Source of the DNA: Acinetobacter phage Acba_11
Sequence record: OQ101254.1
Reading direction: 5' to 3' (one strand)
Length of the DNA: 64,000 nt
Shown here in pieces: positions 17,830-28,333 of this stretch. Numbering within the stretch: position 1 is the first letter of the stretch; each line of letters starts with the position of its first letter. The notes under the pieces were generated by a model, which searched no databases, was not told the origin of the DNA, and saw only the letters and a list, made by a program, of their open reading frames with translations. The position numbers and the translations under genes are program-made.

Positions 17830-18321
17830 ATGGAATTCAGACAAGTTGTTAAGAACCATTGCGACATTGCGCCAGTCACTAACTTTCTTAATGTGAATCA
17901 TGGTAAGGCAGCGAGTGAAGGGAAGCCGTTAGTTGTATTGATTGCACCTCAAGAGAAAGACCGGACGAAAGCTCAAAACCGTTTGTACTGGATGTGGCTA
18001 AATCAGTGGGCTAAGAAGCAGGGAACGGATAAAGACTATGAACATCTGTTCTTTAAGAAGAACTTCTTATCCAAAATCTATGATCGTGATGACGTTGGCC
18101 AATACAAGAAAACATTCAAGGCTGTTAGAGAGTTGAAGGATTCTAAGCATCCTCTTTATCAAGATGTAGCAAACGGCCTATGCGAGCTAATGAGCACTAC
18201 AGACGCAAGTACAGCTCAATTCACAGAATACCTAAACGACATTCACGCATTCTGCAATAAAAACGGGTGTTATTTGGAAACGCCTGATGATTTAAAATGG
18301 TGTTATAGTGATCCTTTATAA
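17830..18321 (+). CDS. NinB/Orf-family recombination protein-like
   Basis: RTKAQNRLYWMWL matches the NinB signature (lambda NinB RSLDQNRKLWACL). Start refined to ATG 17830. Confidence 0.55.
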   Translation: MEFRQVVKNHCDIAPVTNFLNVNHGKAASEGKPLVVLIAPQEKDRTKAQNRLYWMWLNQWAKKQGTDKDYEHLFFKKNFLSKIYDRDDVGQYKKTFKAVRELKDSKHPLYQDVANGLCELMSTTDASTAQFTEYLNDIHAFCNKNGCYLETPDDLKWCYSDPL

Positions 18322-18338
18322 TAAATAAGGGTCTATAA

Positions 18339-18572
18339 ATGTCAGAAAAGCGTGAATTTTCGGTAAAAGCTAAAGCAGAAGATGGCACTACAAACGGTTA
18401 TGTAGTTGAGTTTGATATTTTTGATACACTAAACTTGGATGATGGGGAATTTAAAAGCAAATCCTTCATTCCAAATGTAGTCATAATTGATCAAAATCGG
18501 ATCCCAGTTTATTCAAAGAAATTTAGAGATCCGAGAGACGATAAAGAATATACGATTCAAGGTAATTTTTAG
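18339..18572 (+). CDS. hypothetical small protein
   Basis: Track ORF. Confidence 0.4.
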   Translation: MSEKREFSVKAKAEDGTTNGYVVEFDIFDTLNLDDGEFKSKSFIPNVVIIDQNRIPVYSKKFRDPRDDKEYTIQGNF

Positions 18573-18576
18573 TAGA

Positions 18577-18599
18577 ACCGCCCAAGTGGCGGTTTTTTA
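18577..18599 (+). terminator. rho-independent terminator
   Basis: ACCGCC caagt GGCGGT followed by T6. Confidence 0.6.
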
Positions 18600-18612
18600 A
18601 TGGGCGAGAATA

Positions 18613-19047
18613 ATGGATTCTACAGAATACTTTTGGCTTACTCGGAAAAAAGAACCTAAAACTAAACCTAAAAGCCGGCCACTGCCAAAGCCTACACAAA
18701 AATATCTCGAGGCTGAGGCAACACTTAAGGAAGAGCTTGAGGATTTGTCGATTGGATTTGAACAGAAGTTTCAGCCGATCCATACCAAACACTGGCGCTT
18801 TGATTTTCATATTGTGAAATTGCGTTTGCTCATTGAAATTGAGGGTGGGCCCTGGTCTGGTGGACGTGGTGGAAAGCTGGCAAATAAAGCATGGAGTCTT
18901 GATCAATATGATCAAGCTGAAGAGATGGGTTATAAAATAGAGCGCTTTCATCCAGATTCTATTTTGTCGGGATATGTCATCAACTGGATAAAAAGTGAAT
19001 TAGCGAGAATTGAAGATGGAGCAGATCAGACCATTTCCACCGACTGA
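18613..19047 (+). CDS. DUF559/Vsr-like endonuclease-fold protein (copy 2)
   Basis: Paralogue of 6153-6620 (RFDFHIVKLRLLIEIEGGPWSGG). Confidence 0.55.
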   Translation: MDSTEYFWLTRKKEPKTKPKSRPLPKPTQKYLEAEATLKEELEDLSIGFEQKFQPIHTKHWRFDFHIVKLRLLIEIEGGPWSGGRGGKLANKAWSLDQYDQAEEMGYKIERFHPDSILSGYVINWIKSELARIEDGADQTISTD

Positions 19048-19657
19048 TTTTATTGATCAAGCTGAAGAAGAGGAAGCAATTAGACTAACACCAGCACCGG
19101 ACTTAAAAAAATGGGTTGTGGCTAATTACTTAACTATTGGGGGTCCTATTTATAATCCAGATCATGATCATATTGCTGAGCTGCTTCATGATAATGACGA
19201 GTTTTTAGCATTCGCGTGGGCCTCTTCTGCATATAAAAGCAAGCAAGCTATGGTGTTAGGCCAGTGCGAAAAAGTCATGTTCAATGTTGGTGGCTGGCGT
19301 AAAGCTCGACAAGAGCAACAGATGCGTGATTGGTTTGGTTTTGTACCTACTTATTTAATAACTGTCGACGCTTCTTTCTGTGAGCGTGCAAACGATACAG
19401 AGTTCTGTTACTTACTTGAACATGAGCTTTACCACATTGGAGTGATGAGAGACGAGGACGGAGAAATTGTTTATAGCGATAGTTCTGGTCTTCCTAAGCA
19501 CTATCTTGCTGGTCATGACGTTGAAGAGTTTATTGGCGTAGTTAAACGTTATGGACCAAGCAAAAATGTTAAGCGACTTATTGAAGTCGCAAAAAATCCG
19601 CCGTTTGTTTCGAATCTTGATATTTCAAAATGCTGCGGCAACTGTGTAATCAATTGA
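19016..19657 (+). CDS. putative phage metallopeptidase-like protein (HExxH), copy 2
   Basis: Paralogue of 6589-7230; start aligned to MEQIRPFPP. Confidence 0.55.
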   Translation: MEQIRPFPPTDFIDQAEEEEAIRLTPAPDLKKWVVANYLTIGGPIYNPDHDHIAELLHDNDEFLAFAWASSAYKSKQAMVLGQCEKVMFNVGGWRKARQEQQMRDWFGFVPTYLITVDASFCERANDTEFCYLLEHELYHIGVMRDEDGEIVYSDSSGLPKHYLAGHDVEEFIGVVKRYGPSKNVKRLIEVAKNPPFVSNLDISKCCGNCVIN

Positions 19658-19688
19658 GCCTAATGGCTCTTTTTTTTGCCCATTTTGT

Positions 19689-19705
19689 TATACGTAGTTA
19701 TACGA
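19689..19705 (+). promoter_or_regulatory. direct repeat TATACGTAGTTATACGA upstream of terS (copy 2)
   Basis: Same architecture as 7262-7278. Confidence 0.4.
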
Positions 19706-19715
19706 TGAGGAAGTT

Positions 19716-20186
19716 ATGGCGACACTAAAAGAGCCTGTGAAAATCTTTATAGTTCAGTCTCTTGCTTGTCGTGATACACCTCAAGAAGTGGCTGAACTCG
19801 TAAAACAAGAGTTTGGCGTTGATATAGATCGTGTTCAAGTTGCAACTTATGACCCTACAAAGGTTGCTGGTAAGAACTTAAGCAAAAAGTATGTCGAACT
19901 ATTTGAAAAAACCAGAGATGAGTTTGATAAAGGCTTAATTGATATTCCAATTGCTAATAAGTACTACCGATTGAAGCAATACCAAAGACAACTTGAGAAG
20001 ACTAGAAACGTCAAAACAGCCTTAAAAATTCTTGAGCAAGCCGCTAAAGACATTGGTGGTCAATTTACTAATCGCCAAGAAATTACAGGCAAAGACGGCG
20101 GACCAGTCCAAACAGTTAATTCAGAAATTCCAGTTCCAATGGAAGATTACTTAAAAGCGCGGAGGGAAGTCTTAGATGAGTACTGA
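19716..20186 (+). CDS. terS: terminase small subunit, copy 2
   Basis: Paralogue of 7289-7759. Confidence 0.55.
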   Translation: MATLKEPVKIFIVQSLACRDTPQEVAELVKQEFGVDIDRVQVATYDPTKVAGKNLSKKYVELFEKTRDEFDKGLIDIPIANKYYRLKQYQRQLEKTRNVKTALKILEQAAKDIGGQFTNRQEITGKDGGPVQTVNSEIPVPMEDYLKARREVLDEY

Positions 20187-21603
20187 TGCGGCTCGGGATA
20201 AAGCCATCCGGATCGAGGCGCAAGAAGATTTATATTTCTTCACAAGGTACATGTTTAAGGAGCGCCGTGGTTATAAATGGATGCAAAATTGGCACCACTT
20301 AGAAATCTGCGAAGCTTTAATGAAAGTTTATCGCGGAGAGATAAAGCGGTTAATTATTAACGTTCCACCACGATATTCTAAAACTGAAATTGCTGTAATT
20401 AATTTCATGGCTTGGTGTTTTGGTAAGAATCCAGACTGTGAGTTTATTCATATCAGTTACTCGGCAATGCTTGCCGCAAATAATGCCTTCCAAATACGAA
20501 CTCTTGTACAAGAAGAGGCGTATAGAAAAGTCTTTCCTGAGCTTACATTGCGTGATGATAGTAAGGCTAAAGACTTCTGGAGAACTTCTCAAGGCGGTGT
20601 CTGCTATGCGACAGGTACAGGCGGTACGATTACTGGTTTTGGTGCAGGAAAACTTCGTAAAGGCTTTGGTGGCTGCATTATTATTGATGACCCACATAAA
20701 GCACATGAAGCTTCATCAAAAACTATTCGAGAAGGGGTAATTGATTGGTTTCAGAACACACTCGAATCGCGTACTAACTCGCCAGATACGCCGATCATTG
20801 TGATTATGCAGCGACTTCATGAAGATGATTTAGCTGGATGGTTGCTAGGTGATAGAAAAGACGGCGTTCCTGTAGCTGGTGGTAACGGTGAAGTGTGGGA
20901 GCATCTATGTCTTTCAGCTATTCAGGAAGACGGATCCGCACTGTGGCCAGCAAAACACAATATCCAAAAATTGAGGCTAATGGAGCAAGCAGCACCATAT
21001 GTATTTGCCGGGCAGTACCGACAAATGCCATCACCGCCAGCAGGCGGTTTTTTTAAGCCCGACAATATTCAAATTGTTGATGCTTTGCCTGCGGATGTAG
21101 TGAAACAAGTTAGGGCTTGGGATTTTGGGGCTACCGAAAATGAGGGCGACTTTACAGTAGGTGTGCGAGAAGCTCTAGGCGCAGATGGTTTTACTTACAT
21201 TGTCGATGTAACTAGAGGACAGCTTGGACCTGACAATGTGAATAAGCGCTTAGAACAAACAGCAAAAATAGATGGGAAAAACGTTTCTGTGCGTCTACCA
21301 CAAGATCCCGGTCAAGCTGGTAAATCACAAGCTAGTTCATTTGTGAAGCTTCTTGCGGGTTATAGCGTGATAGCTAAGCCAATTTCAGGTGACAAGCTTA
21401 CACGTGCACAACCATTTGCGGCCCAAGTTAACGTAGGAAATGTACGAATGCTCAAAGGTGAATGGAATAAGGATTTTATTGATGAGCTTCGTCATTTTCC
21501 TAATGGCACACATGACGACCAAGTGGATGCAGCTTCAGATGCGTTTAATGAATTACATGAAGGTTTTGAAGCCTTCTTTGCTGATATGGGATTTGCTCGA
21601 TGA
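20176..21603 (+). CDS. terL: terminase large subunit, copy 2
   Basis: About 90% aa identity to copy 1. Confidence 0.9.
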   Translation: MSTDAARDKAIRIEAQEDLYFFTRYMFKERRGYKWMQNWHHLEICEALMKVYRGEIKRLIINVPPRYSKTEIAVINFMAWCFGKNPDCEFIHISYSAMLAANNAFQIRTLVQEEAYRKVFPELTLRDDSKAKDFWRTSQGGVCYATGTGGTITGFGAGKLRKGFGGCIIIDDPHKAHEASSKTIREGVIDWFQNTLESRTNSPDTPIIVIMQRLHEDDLAGWLLGDRKDGVPVAGGNGEVWEHLCLSAIQEDGSALWPAKHNIQKLRLMEQAAPYVFAGQYRQMPSPPAGGFFKPDNIQIVDALPADVVKQVRAWDFGATENEGDFTVGVREALGADGFTYIVDVTRGQLGPDNVNKRLEQTAKIDGKNVSVRLPQDPGQAGKSQASSFVKLLAGYSVIAKPISGDKLTRAQPFAAQVNVGNVRMLKGEWNKDFIDELRHFPNGTHDDQVDAASDAFNELHEGFEAFFADMGFAR

Positions 21604-23051
21604 GTGATGTAACTTTTCAACATGCTGAATATGTTAAGAACTTGCCATACTGGCAAAAACTTGATGATGTTTGTGAAGGTGAAGATGCAGTTAAGGCTAA
21701 AGGTGAAAAATATTTGCCGATGCCAAATGCACATGATAAATCACCTGCAAATAAAAGCGCTTATGAGGCTTATCTTACCCGTGCAGTCTTTTATGAAGTA
21801 ACAGGGACTACATTAAATAGTTTAGTTGGTGCAGCTTTTGCAACCGATCCAAGTTTTAAATTTCCTCCGGAACTTGCTCATTTAGAACGTAATGCAAATG
21901 GTGCTGGTTTAAGTACTTATCAATTGGCTCAAAATGGAATTCGCCATTTATTGAAGCATTATCGTTGTGCTTTATATGTAGATTATCCTGATGTGCCGCC
22001 AGCTCGTAATCTAGCGGAATTTAAAGCACAAAAAGCCTATCCGATGATTCATTTACTAAATGCCCTTGATGTAGTGAATTGGGATTCAGTAATGATCGAT
22101 AACCAGAAAAAGCTTTGCTTAGTGGTTATACGTGAATTTAAGTCTGAGCGCGGTGCTGATGGATTTAGTAAAACCGAACAAGAGCAATATCGTGTACTTC
22201 GTTTAGAGCAAGAGGGAAATGGGGAATATATTTATTCCGTTCAGGTGTACACAAAGGGTGAAAAGGGTAACTGGGTTGGCGGAGAGAAGAAGTTTCCAAC
22301 AGATTACAACGGGAATTTCTGGACCTATATACCTTTTACATTTGTAGGTGCAATTGATAATTCAGAAGAGATTAAAAAGCCACCATTACTTCCTTTGGCT
22401 AATCTCAATTTAGCCCATTACAGAGACAGTGCGGACTTTCAAGAGTCCGTTTTTTATATGGGGCAACCTCAATATTATGCGAAGGGTGTTAATTGGGAGT
22501 GGTATGACCAAGCCAAGAAACGTGGCATCTACATTGGAGCGAAAGTACTTTTGCCTTTACCTGAAAATGGTGGTTTAGGAATTGTACAAGCCGACCCTAA
22601 TACTCTTGCCCGGGAAGCGATGAAAGATAAGTGGGAAAAAATGAAGGAGATGGGGGCGCGTTTAATTGAGAAGGGCTCGGGAAGTAAAAAGACCGCTACC
22701 GAAGCGAATAGTGATGACGCCGTTCAGCATTCAGTTCTTTCGCTCTGTGTCGTTAATATGAATGAAGCCTTGTCAGCAGCATTACGATGGGCTGCTAAGT
22801 TTGTAACGCCTAATGTGGATGTTCTAACTAAAGATGATTTGATGTTCGAAATCAGTCAAGAATTTAACAAACAGGGTTATTTAGCTGAGTTAGCTCGACA
22901 GTTATTTGAAGCAGCTCTACAAGGCCGATCTTCATTTAAATCATGGTGGGAATACAACCAAACAGGTATGTTCCCTAAACAAAAATATGAAGAAGAGCTT
23001 CAGAATGTTGAAGCAGAGCAAGATGGGACTTTAAATCAAAAGGTAGAGTGA
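21600..23051 (+). CDS. portal protein, copy 2
   Basis: Paralogue of 9173-10624. Confidence 0.85.
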   Translation: MSDVTFQHAEYVKNLPYWQKLDDVCEGEDAVKAKGEKYLPMPNAHDKSPANKSAYEAYLTRAVFYEVTGTTLNSLVGAAFATDPSFKFPPELAHLERNANGAGLSTYQLAQNGIRHLLKHYRCALYVDYPDVPPARNLAEFKAQKAYPMIHLLNALDVVNWDSVMIDNQKKLCLVVIREFKSERGADGFSKTEQEQYRVLRLEQEGNGEYIYSVQVYTKGEKGNWVGGEKKFPTDYNGNFWTYIPFTFVGAIDNSEEIKKPPLLPLANLNLAHYRDSADFQESVFYMGQPQYYAKGVNWEWYDQAKKRGIYIGAKVLLPLPENGGLGIVQADPNTLAREAMKDKWEKMKEMGARLIEKGSGSKKTATEANSDDAVQHSVLSLCVVNMNEALSAALRWAAKFVTPNVDVLTKDDLMFEISQEFNKQGYLAELARQLFEAALQGRSSFKSWWEYNQTGMFPKQKYEEELQNVEAEQDGTLNQKVE

Positions 23052-23052
23052 G

Positions 23053-24156
23053 ATGGCAACAGATATCAAAAAACTATTTGAAGTACTCACTCAGCACCAG
23101 GCCTATCTTTATCGTGCTTCATCAAAAACGGTAAATGAGTTATTGGCTTTATTCAATGATGATACGAGCAAGATGCTATCTAAGCTTCGGGATTTATTGG
23201 ATGAGCTTAATGAGTCGGAGAAAGTTGCTTTAGCTGGTGGTAAATATACAACTTCAAATTTAAGGGAAATTAGGGATTTGATTGCCCAATGGTTTGCCAG
23301 TGTTAATTTAGCATTACCTGAAGCTTTTGCCGTTTCTGCTACGGCGCTGGCTGTTTATGAGGCCAATTACGTATCTAAGCTCTATGGAGCAAAAATTAAT
23401 AAGTCTGATGGGGAAAAACTATTCTTATCCGCTAAAAAAGTTCCGTTGGCAGGTGGCGCTCTTGTCGATGATCTGCTTTCAAGAATTGCTGAAAGTGCCC
23501 GTCAAAAGGTTGAGTATGCAATTCGAGATGGTATTAATTCAGGCAAAACTAACCAAGAAATTGTTCAGCGTATTCGTGGTACCAAACGGCTTAACTATGA
23601 AGATGGGATCTTAAATGGTACCAAAACTGATATTGAGCGAACGGTAAGAACTGTGCGAAGTCATGTAGCTAATCAAGCCTATCTAAATAGCTTCAACCAA
23701 ATTGGCTTTGAATATGTCCGATTTGTGAGTGTTCTTGATGGACGAACTTCTAAGCTTTGCGCTTCATTAGATGGTTCAGTGTGGGAAATAAATGATCCGG
23801 CAAAGCGAGTGCCGCCGTTACATCCTAACTGTCGCAGTATCTTGGTTCCGGTCGAGAAGGACGGTCAACTTGTTGGCGAACGGCCATTTGTAATGGACGA
23901 ACGTAGAGTTAAAGACATCCCCAAAGAAGAGCGAAGCCAGTTAATAGGACAGTTAGATGCAAACACCACATTCAAAGAGTTCTTTAAGAAAACAGATGAT
24001 TTCTTTCAAAGGGAGTGGCTAGGGCCAAAGCGCTTTAAGCTCTATAAAGATGGGAAATTTGATTTTGATAAGTTCTTTGATCCTGAAGGCCGTTTCTATA
24101 GCTTAGATGATTTGAGAAAGTTGGATGAAAAAGCTTTTAAAAAGTTGGGTCTGTAA
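23053..24156 (+). CDS. head morphogenesis protein (Mu F-like), copy 2
   Basis: Paralogue of 10626-11729. Confidence 0.85.
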   Translation: MATDIKKLFEVLTQHQAYLYRASSKTVNELLALFNDDTSKMLSKLRDLLDELNESEKVALAGGKYTTSNLREIRDLIAQWFASVNLALPEAFAVSATALAVYEANYVSKLYGAKINKSDGEKLFLSAKKVPLAGGALVDDLLSRIAESARQKVEYAIRDGINSGKTNQEIVQRIRGTKRLNYEDGILNGTKTDIERTVRTVRSHVANQAYLNSFNQIGFEYVRFVSVLDGRTSKLCASLDGSVWEINDPAKRVPPLHPNCRSILVPVEKDGQLVGERPFVMDERRVKDIPKEERSQLIGQLDANTTFKEFFKKTDDFFQREWLGPKRFKLYKDGKFDFDKFFDPEGRFYSLDDLRKLDEKAFKKLGL

Positions 24157-24200
24157 TTTTTCTTATGTTATATTTTTTAAAACATCAGAATTTATACAAT

Positions 24201-24593
24201 ATGAAAACAATAGCTTTTGTATGTCTAACCCTAATTTCCATCACTTGTTTAGCTGAACCAAGTCAAAAATATCTTAAAGAATATGATCGATTGTCTGAAG
24301 CTTTGGAGTCAGCAATGGCAAATGCATATTCTTTTGATCCTGCAACTGGTCAAGTAAAACAGGCTACTCAAGGTTTAGAAGCTAAAAATAATTTATGTAG
24401 AGCTGCCCAGGCGAAACTAAACCTCACCACGTTTTTAAAAGACAATTTAGAGGAATCTAAAGAGCTTTATAAATCTATTGATGGTGCAGAGACTCTAGAT
24501 AAAAATTATCTTAGTGGAAAACAGCAGGAACAACAAAATCTCGTTTCAAATTTGAAAAAAGACCTTGTTGGAACTGGATTTAACTGTGAGTAA
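24201..24593 (+). CDS. secreted protein with signal peptide (copy-2 specific moron)
   Basis: MKTIAFVCLTLISITCLA signal peptide; no paralogue in copy 1. Confidence 0.5.
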   Translation: MKTIAFVCLTLISITCLAEPSQKYLKEYDRLSEALESAMANAYSFDPATGQVKQATQGLEAKNNLCRAAQAKLNLTTFLKDNLEESKELYKSIDGAETLDKNYLSGKQQEQQNLVSNLKKDLVGTGFNCE

Positions 24594-24650
24594 TTATTGC
24601 CGATTACAGGTAATTCTAAACTCACTTAAGACACAATTTTCACCTATATA

Positions 24651-24671
24651 AGCGCCCAAATGGCGCTTTTG
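24651..24671 (+). terminator. rho-independent terminator
   Basis: AGCGCC caaa TGGCGCT followed by TTTTG. Confidence 0.5.
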
Positions 24672-24691
24672 TCATTTATGGAGTTTGGCTT

Positions 24692-24934
24692 ATGAGTGAA
24701 TCAAAAGTTAGACATTTGGTACTTAAAAGAGTTTCAGATAAATCTTCTCATCTTGCTCTTTGTGACGAGGAAACAGGTATTCCATTAGCTGGATTAACCG
24801 CTGTAAAAATGAATTGTAGTGTTTTTGAGGGTCCAGCGACTATCACGGCAACATTTGATGTAGGTGGTCCTCAAGGCATCCGCTTAGTTGGTGATGAACC
24901 TAGACAAAAGGTTTGGAGTGCAAAGGAAACGTAG
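24692..24934 (+). CDS. hypothetical protein (copy-2 specific moron)
   Basis: Track ORF with RBS GGAG. Confidence 0.4.
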   Translation: MSESKVRHLVLKRVSDKSSHLALCDEETGIPLAGLTAVKMNCSVFEGPATITATFDVGGPQGIRLVGDEPRQKVWSAKET

Positions 24935-25118
24935 CGAAAGGCACTACAAATGCCTGAAAAGCAAATCAATATGTCAGATGCTCAATATATTCTGAGCACA
25001 AAATGAATTCTGGTGCCATTTCTTCAAATTAAGGTTTCAAGCCATGGCAATTTATGGTTTTACTTTTGAAAGATTAAAATCAATCGCACTCATCAAATAG
25101 AACTTAATTTTTAACCAT

Positions 25119-25141
25119 AGCACCTTCGGGTGCTTTTTTTG
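25119..25141 (+). terminator. rho-independent terminator
   Basis: AGCACC ttcg GGTGCT followed by T7; the same hairpin sequence occurs at 11987. Confidence 0.6.
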
Positions 25142-25151
25142 CGAGAAGAAA

Positions 25152-25343
25152 ATGCCAAGCCCTATTATCCAATATTTCCAATATGAACATTTACCTGAAC
25201 ATTTGCAGCAAGTTAGTAAGCCAATTGGTGATTTAGCTCGGCAAATGGATGAGCAACTTCCTGACGGGCCTGAAAAATCCACAGGATTAAGAAAGCTACT
25301 TGAAGCAAAAGATGCATTTGTACGCCAAGCTTTAAGTAAATAA
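25152..25343 (+). CDS. hypothetical small protein (copy-2 specific moron)
   Basis: Track ORF between two terminators. Confidence 0.35.
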   Translation: MPSPIIQYFQYEHLPEHLQQVSKPIGDLARQMDEQLPDGPEKSTGLRKLLEAKDAFVRQALSK

Positions 25344-25359
25344 TCATTTATAGAAATGA

Positions 25360-25385
25360 AGCGTCCTAAAGGGCGCTTTTTTATT
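25360..25385 (+). terminator. rho-independent terminator
   Basis: GCGTCC taaa GGGCGC followed by T6. Confidence 0.5.
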
Positions 25386-25456
25386 GCCTGCCGAAAGCGG
25401 ATGCTAACGGCGAATCCGGGCGGATGCCCATTTTGTATATATAGGTTGGATGACCA

Positions 25457-26224
25457 ATGAAACTTAAAACAGTAACAATCGACGGTAAAGTTTATGCGGA
25501 AGTAGACGGTGATAAGCCGATCTATATTCATGATGACGGCAAAGAAATGCCACATGATGCACCACACTCGGTAGCAACAATTGCACGCTTAAACAATGAA
25601 GCTAAAACACATCGTGAAGCCAAAGAAGCAGCCGAAAAAGCATTAAAAGCTTTTGAAGGAATTGAAGACCCAGCGGCAGCTAAAAAGGCATTACAAACAA
25701 TCCAAAATCTCGATGATAAAAAGCTGGTGGATGCCGGTGAAGTTGAGAAAGTTAAAGCTGAAGCTATCAAAGCAGTTGAGGAAAAATATGCCCCGATTGT
25801 TGCGCAACGTGATGCTCTAGAAGCCTCTTTACATAAAGAACTTATCGGCGGTGGTTTTGCTCGTTCTAAGTACATTCAAGACAACATTGCAGTACCTGTG
25901 GACATGGTTCAGGCAACCTTTGGTCATCACTTCAAAATCGAAGAAGGCAAGGTGGTTGCATATGATCCGAACGGCGAAAAGATTTATTCACGTGTCCGCC
26001 CGGGTGAACTTGCAAATGTTGATGAAGCTTTAGAGTCATTGGTTGGTGGATACCAGCATAAAGACTTAATTCTTAAAGGTGGTAAAGGAACTGGTGGCGG
26101 TTTTCAAGGTGGGGGCAAAGGTGGAGCGCCTGCAGGAATGAAACGCAGTGAAATGTCTGTTTCTCAGAAAGCTGACTACATCAAAGAACATTGCAATGAT
26201 GCCTTCCTAAAACTGCCGAACTAA
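25457..26224 (+). CDS. putative scaffolding protein, copy 2
   Basis: Paralogue of 13031-13798. Confidence 0.55.
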   Translation: MKLKTVTIDGKVYAEVDGDKPIYIHDDGKEMPHDAPHSVATIARLNNEAKTHREAKEAAEKALKAFEGIEDPAAAKKALQTIQNLDDKKLVDAGEVEKVKAEAIKAVEEKYAPIVAQRDALEASLHKELIGGGFARSKYIQDNIAVPVDMVQATFGHHFKIEEGKVVAYDPNGEKIYSRVRPGELANVDEALESLVGGYQHKDLILKGGKGTGGGFQGGGKGGAPAGMKRSEMSVSQKADYIKEHCNDAFLKLPN

Positions 26225-26251
26225 TCATTAAAAATTTGGAGATAAGTAGTT

Positions 26252-27208
26252 ATGACTACAACAGTTAATTCAGACATGATCATCTACAACCAATTGGCTC
26301 AAACTGCTTATTTAGAGCGTTTGCAAGACAATTTGAACGTATTTAACCAGGCCTCTAATGGTGCAATTGTATATCGCAATGAGATTATTGAAGGTGATTT
26401 CAATAAAGAGGCATTTTACAAAGTGGGCGGTAGCATCAAGCATCGTGATGTGAATTCAACCGCCAAAGTAGTGCCTGAGAAGATTGGGTCTGGTGAATCT
26501 GTAGGCGTAAAAGTCCCATATAAATATGGTCCTTATGCTTCAACCGAAGAGGCATTCAAACGCCGTGCACGCACACCTGAAGAGTTTGCCATGATTCTTG
26601 GTTATGATTTAGCAGATGCATTAGTTGCAGGACGTTTACAGTACAGTTTAGCCTCCTTAAAAGCAGCTATTTCTAGCAACCCGGATATGGTTGCCAAAGG
26701 CAGTATTGCTGTAGATGGGCGTAAAGCATTAACACGTGGTATGCGTAAGTTTGGCGATAAGTTTGGACGTATTAGTTTATGGGTAATGAACTCAGATACT
26801 TATTTCGATATTGTCGATGATGCAATCACTAATCAAATTTATGGCGAATCTGAAATCGTTATCTATGGTGGTTTACCGGGTACCTTAGGTAAGCCGGTAT
26901 TGGTTACAGATGCCGTAGGTGATGATGATGCATTTGGTTTGCAAATGGGTGCAGTTACTGTTACAGAATCACAAGTACCAGGCTTCCGCGCGTATGACAT
27001 CAATGATGAAGAAAACTTGGCAATCGGTATGCGTGCTGAGGGTACATTTAACCTAGATATTCTTGGTTATAGCTGGGATACATCAAAAGGTGAAAACCCT
27101 GACCTTACTTTACTTGGTTCAAGTGCCAACTGGAAAAAACATGCTACTAGCAACAAAATGACAGCAGGCACATTGCTTGATCTATCTGGCACAACAACAA
27201 CTGGTTAA
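26252..27208 (+). CDS. major capsid protein, copy 2
   Basis: Paralogue of 13826-14782. Confidence 0.7.
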   Translation: MTTTVNSDMIIYNQLAQTAYLERLQDNLNVFNQASNGAIVYRNEIIEGDFNKEAFYKVGGSIKHRDVNSTAKVVPEKIGSGESVGVKVPYKYGPYASTEEAFKRRARTPEEFAMILGYDLADALVAGRLQYSLASLKAAISSNPDMVAKGSIAVDGRKALTRGMRKFGDKFGRISLWVMNSDTYFDIVDDAITNQIYGESEIVIYGGLPGTLGKPVLVTDAVGDDDAFGLQMGAVTVTESQVPGFRAYDINDEENLAIGMRAEGTFNLDILGYSWDTSKGENPDLTLLGSSANWKKHATSNKMTAGTLLDLSGTTTTG

Positions 27209-27229
27209 CTCATAAACATCTCACTATAA

Positions 27230-27255
27230 GAGGGCTATTAAGCCCTCTTTTTACA
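27230..27255 (+). terminator. rho-independent terminator
   Basis: GAGGGCT att AAGCCCTC followed by T5. Confidence 0.5.
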
Positions 27256-27272
27256 TTTAAGAGAAATGCATC

Positions 27273-27938
27273 ATGAAGCTAATTTATACACGTATTGCTG
27301 CTGCAGCTGCGTTAGAGGTTGGAACTATTGCCAATCCTGATTATTACGAACATCCGAATCGAAGTGCTGAAGAAGTAATTATTTACGGTGATTACCCGAA
27401 AATCCAAAATGATTACCAAGCTCTGGATATTCCTGTTGAAGTTCGCAAATTGGAAGAGCCTGCAAAAACGACATTGGCCACTGTAAATGTAGCGGTTGGA
27501 ATTACTCCAGAGCTGCAAGAAGTTATTGATAAAACTAAAGCTGAGTGTGAAAAGGTTGTTGAGGAAAACGGGCAACTTAAACAGAAAATCGAAATCTTGG
27601 AACAAGCTAGTGGTGATAGTTCGGAGTTAATTTCTGAAAACTCACGTTTAAAAGATGCTGTACTCCAAGCTGACAATGCTACTAAAGCGGCTGAAGAAAA
27701 GGTAGTAAGCATTCAAGCAGAGTTTGATGCTTTTAAAAATGATGTTGCTGCTATGCAAGCGCGTATTGCTGAATTGGAAGCTGGAAAAGCGGCAGAAAAT
27801 TCAGCAACAGAAACGGCAGCTAATGATTTTGAAAACTGGTCAAATGATCAATTAAAAGAGTATTTGGCTAGTAAAAACATTGGTTACAAACCGTCTGCAA
27901 CAAAAGCAGAACTCCTTAAATTAATCCCGAAGGAATAA
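27273..27938 (+). CDS. head-associated coiled-coil/HeH protein, copy 2
   Basis: Paralogue of 14848-15513. Confidence 0.5.
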   Translation: MKLIYTRIAAAAALEVGTIANPDYYEHPNRSAEEVIIYGDYPKIQNDYQALDIPVEVRKLEEPAKTTLATVNVAVGITPELQEVIDKTKAECEKVVEENGQLKQKIEILEQASGDSSELISENSRLKDAVLQADNATKAAEEKVVSIQAEFDAFKNDVAAMQARIAELEAGKAAENSATETAANDFENWSNDQLKEYLASKNIGYKPSATKAELLKLIPKE

Positions 27939-27942
27939 TGCA

Positions 27943-28332
27943 ATGAGCTTTATTACTGTAGATGACGCAAATTCAATTTTGGGCAGCGATTTTGCACCAG
28001 ACAGTGATAAAGCTCGTCTGGTAAAGCTGGCTAATGTTTGGATGAAAAAACGGATTGGTTTTGTACCAGATCCTATTGATCCACTTCTTAAAGACGCGGC
28101 TTGTGAAATTATCAAAGGAATTCTGGCCAAAGTAATTTATAACGGCAAAGACCAGCAGTTGAAACGTAAGAAAGTTAAAGCTGATTCTGTTGAGTCAGAA
28201 AAAGAATATCAGGACGGATCTGAAGCAATCTCTAGCTTTGAACAGATAGCAATTGATTTTATTGATTCACTTGAATTGAAAGATCCAAATGCAAGTTTTA
28301 ATGGCTTTGGCATACCACTTTACAGGGCATGA
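27943..28332 (+). CDS. head-tail connector (gp6-like), copy 2
   Basis: Paralogue of 15518-15907. Confidence 0.5.
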   Translation: MSFITVDDANSILGSDFAPDSDKARLVKLANVWMKKRIGFVPDPIDPLLKDAACEIIKGILAKVIYNGKDQQLKRKKVKADSVESEKEYQDGSEAISSFEQIAIDFIDSLELKDPNASFNGFGIPLYRA

Positions 28333-28333
28333 T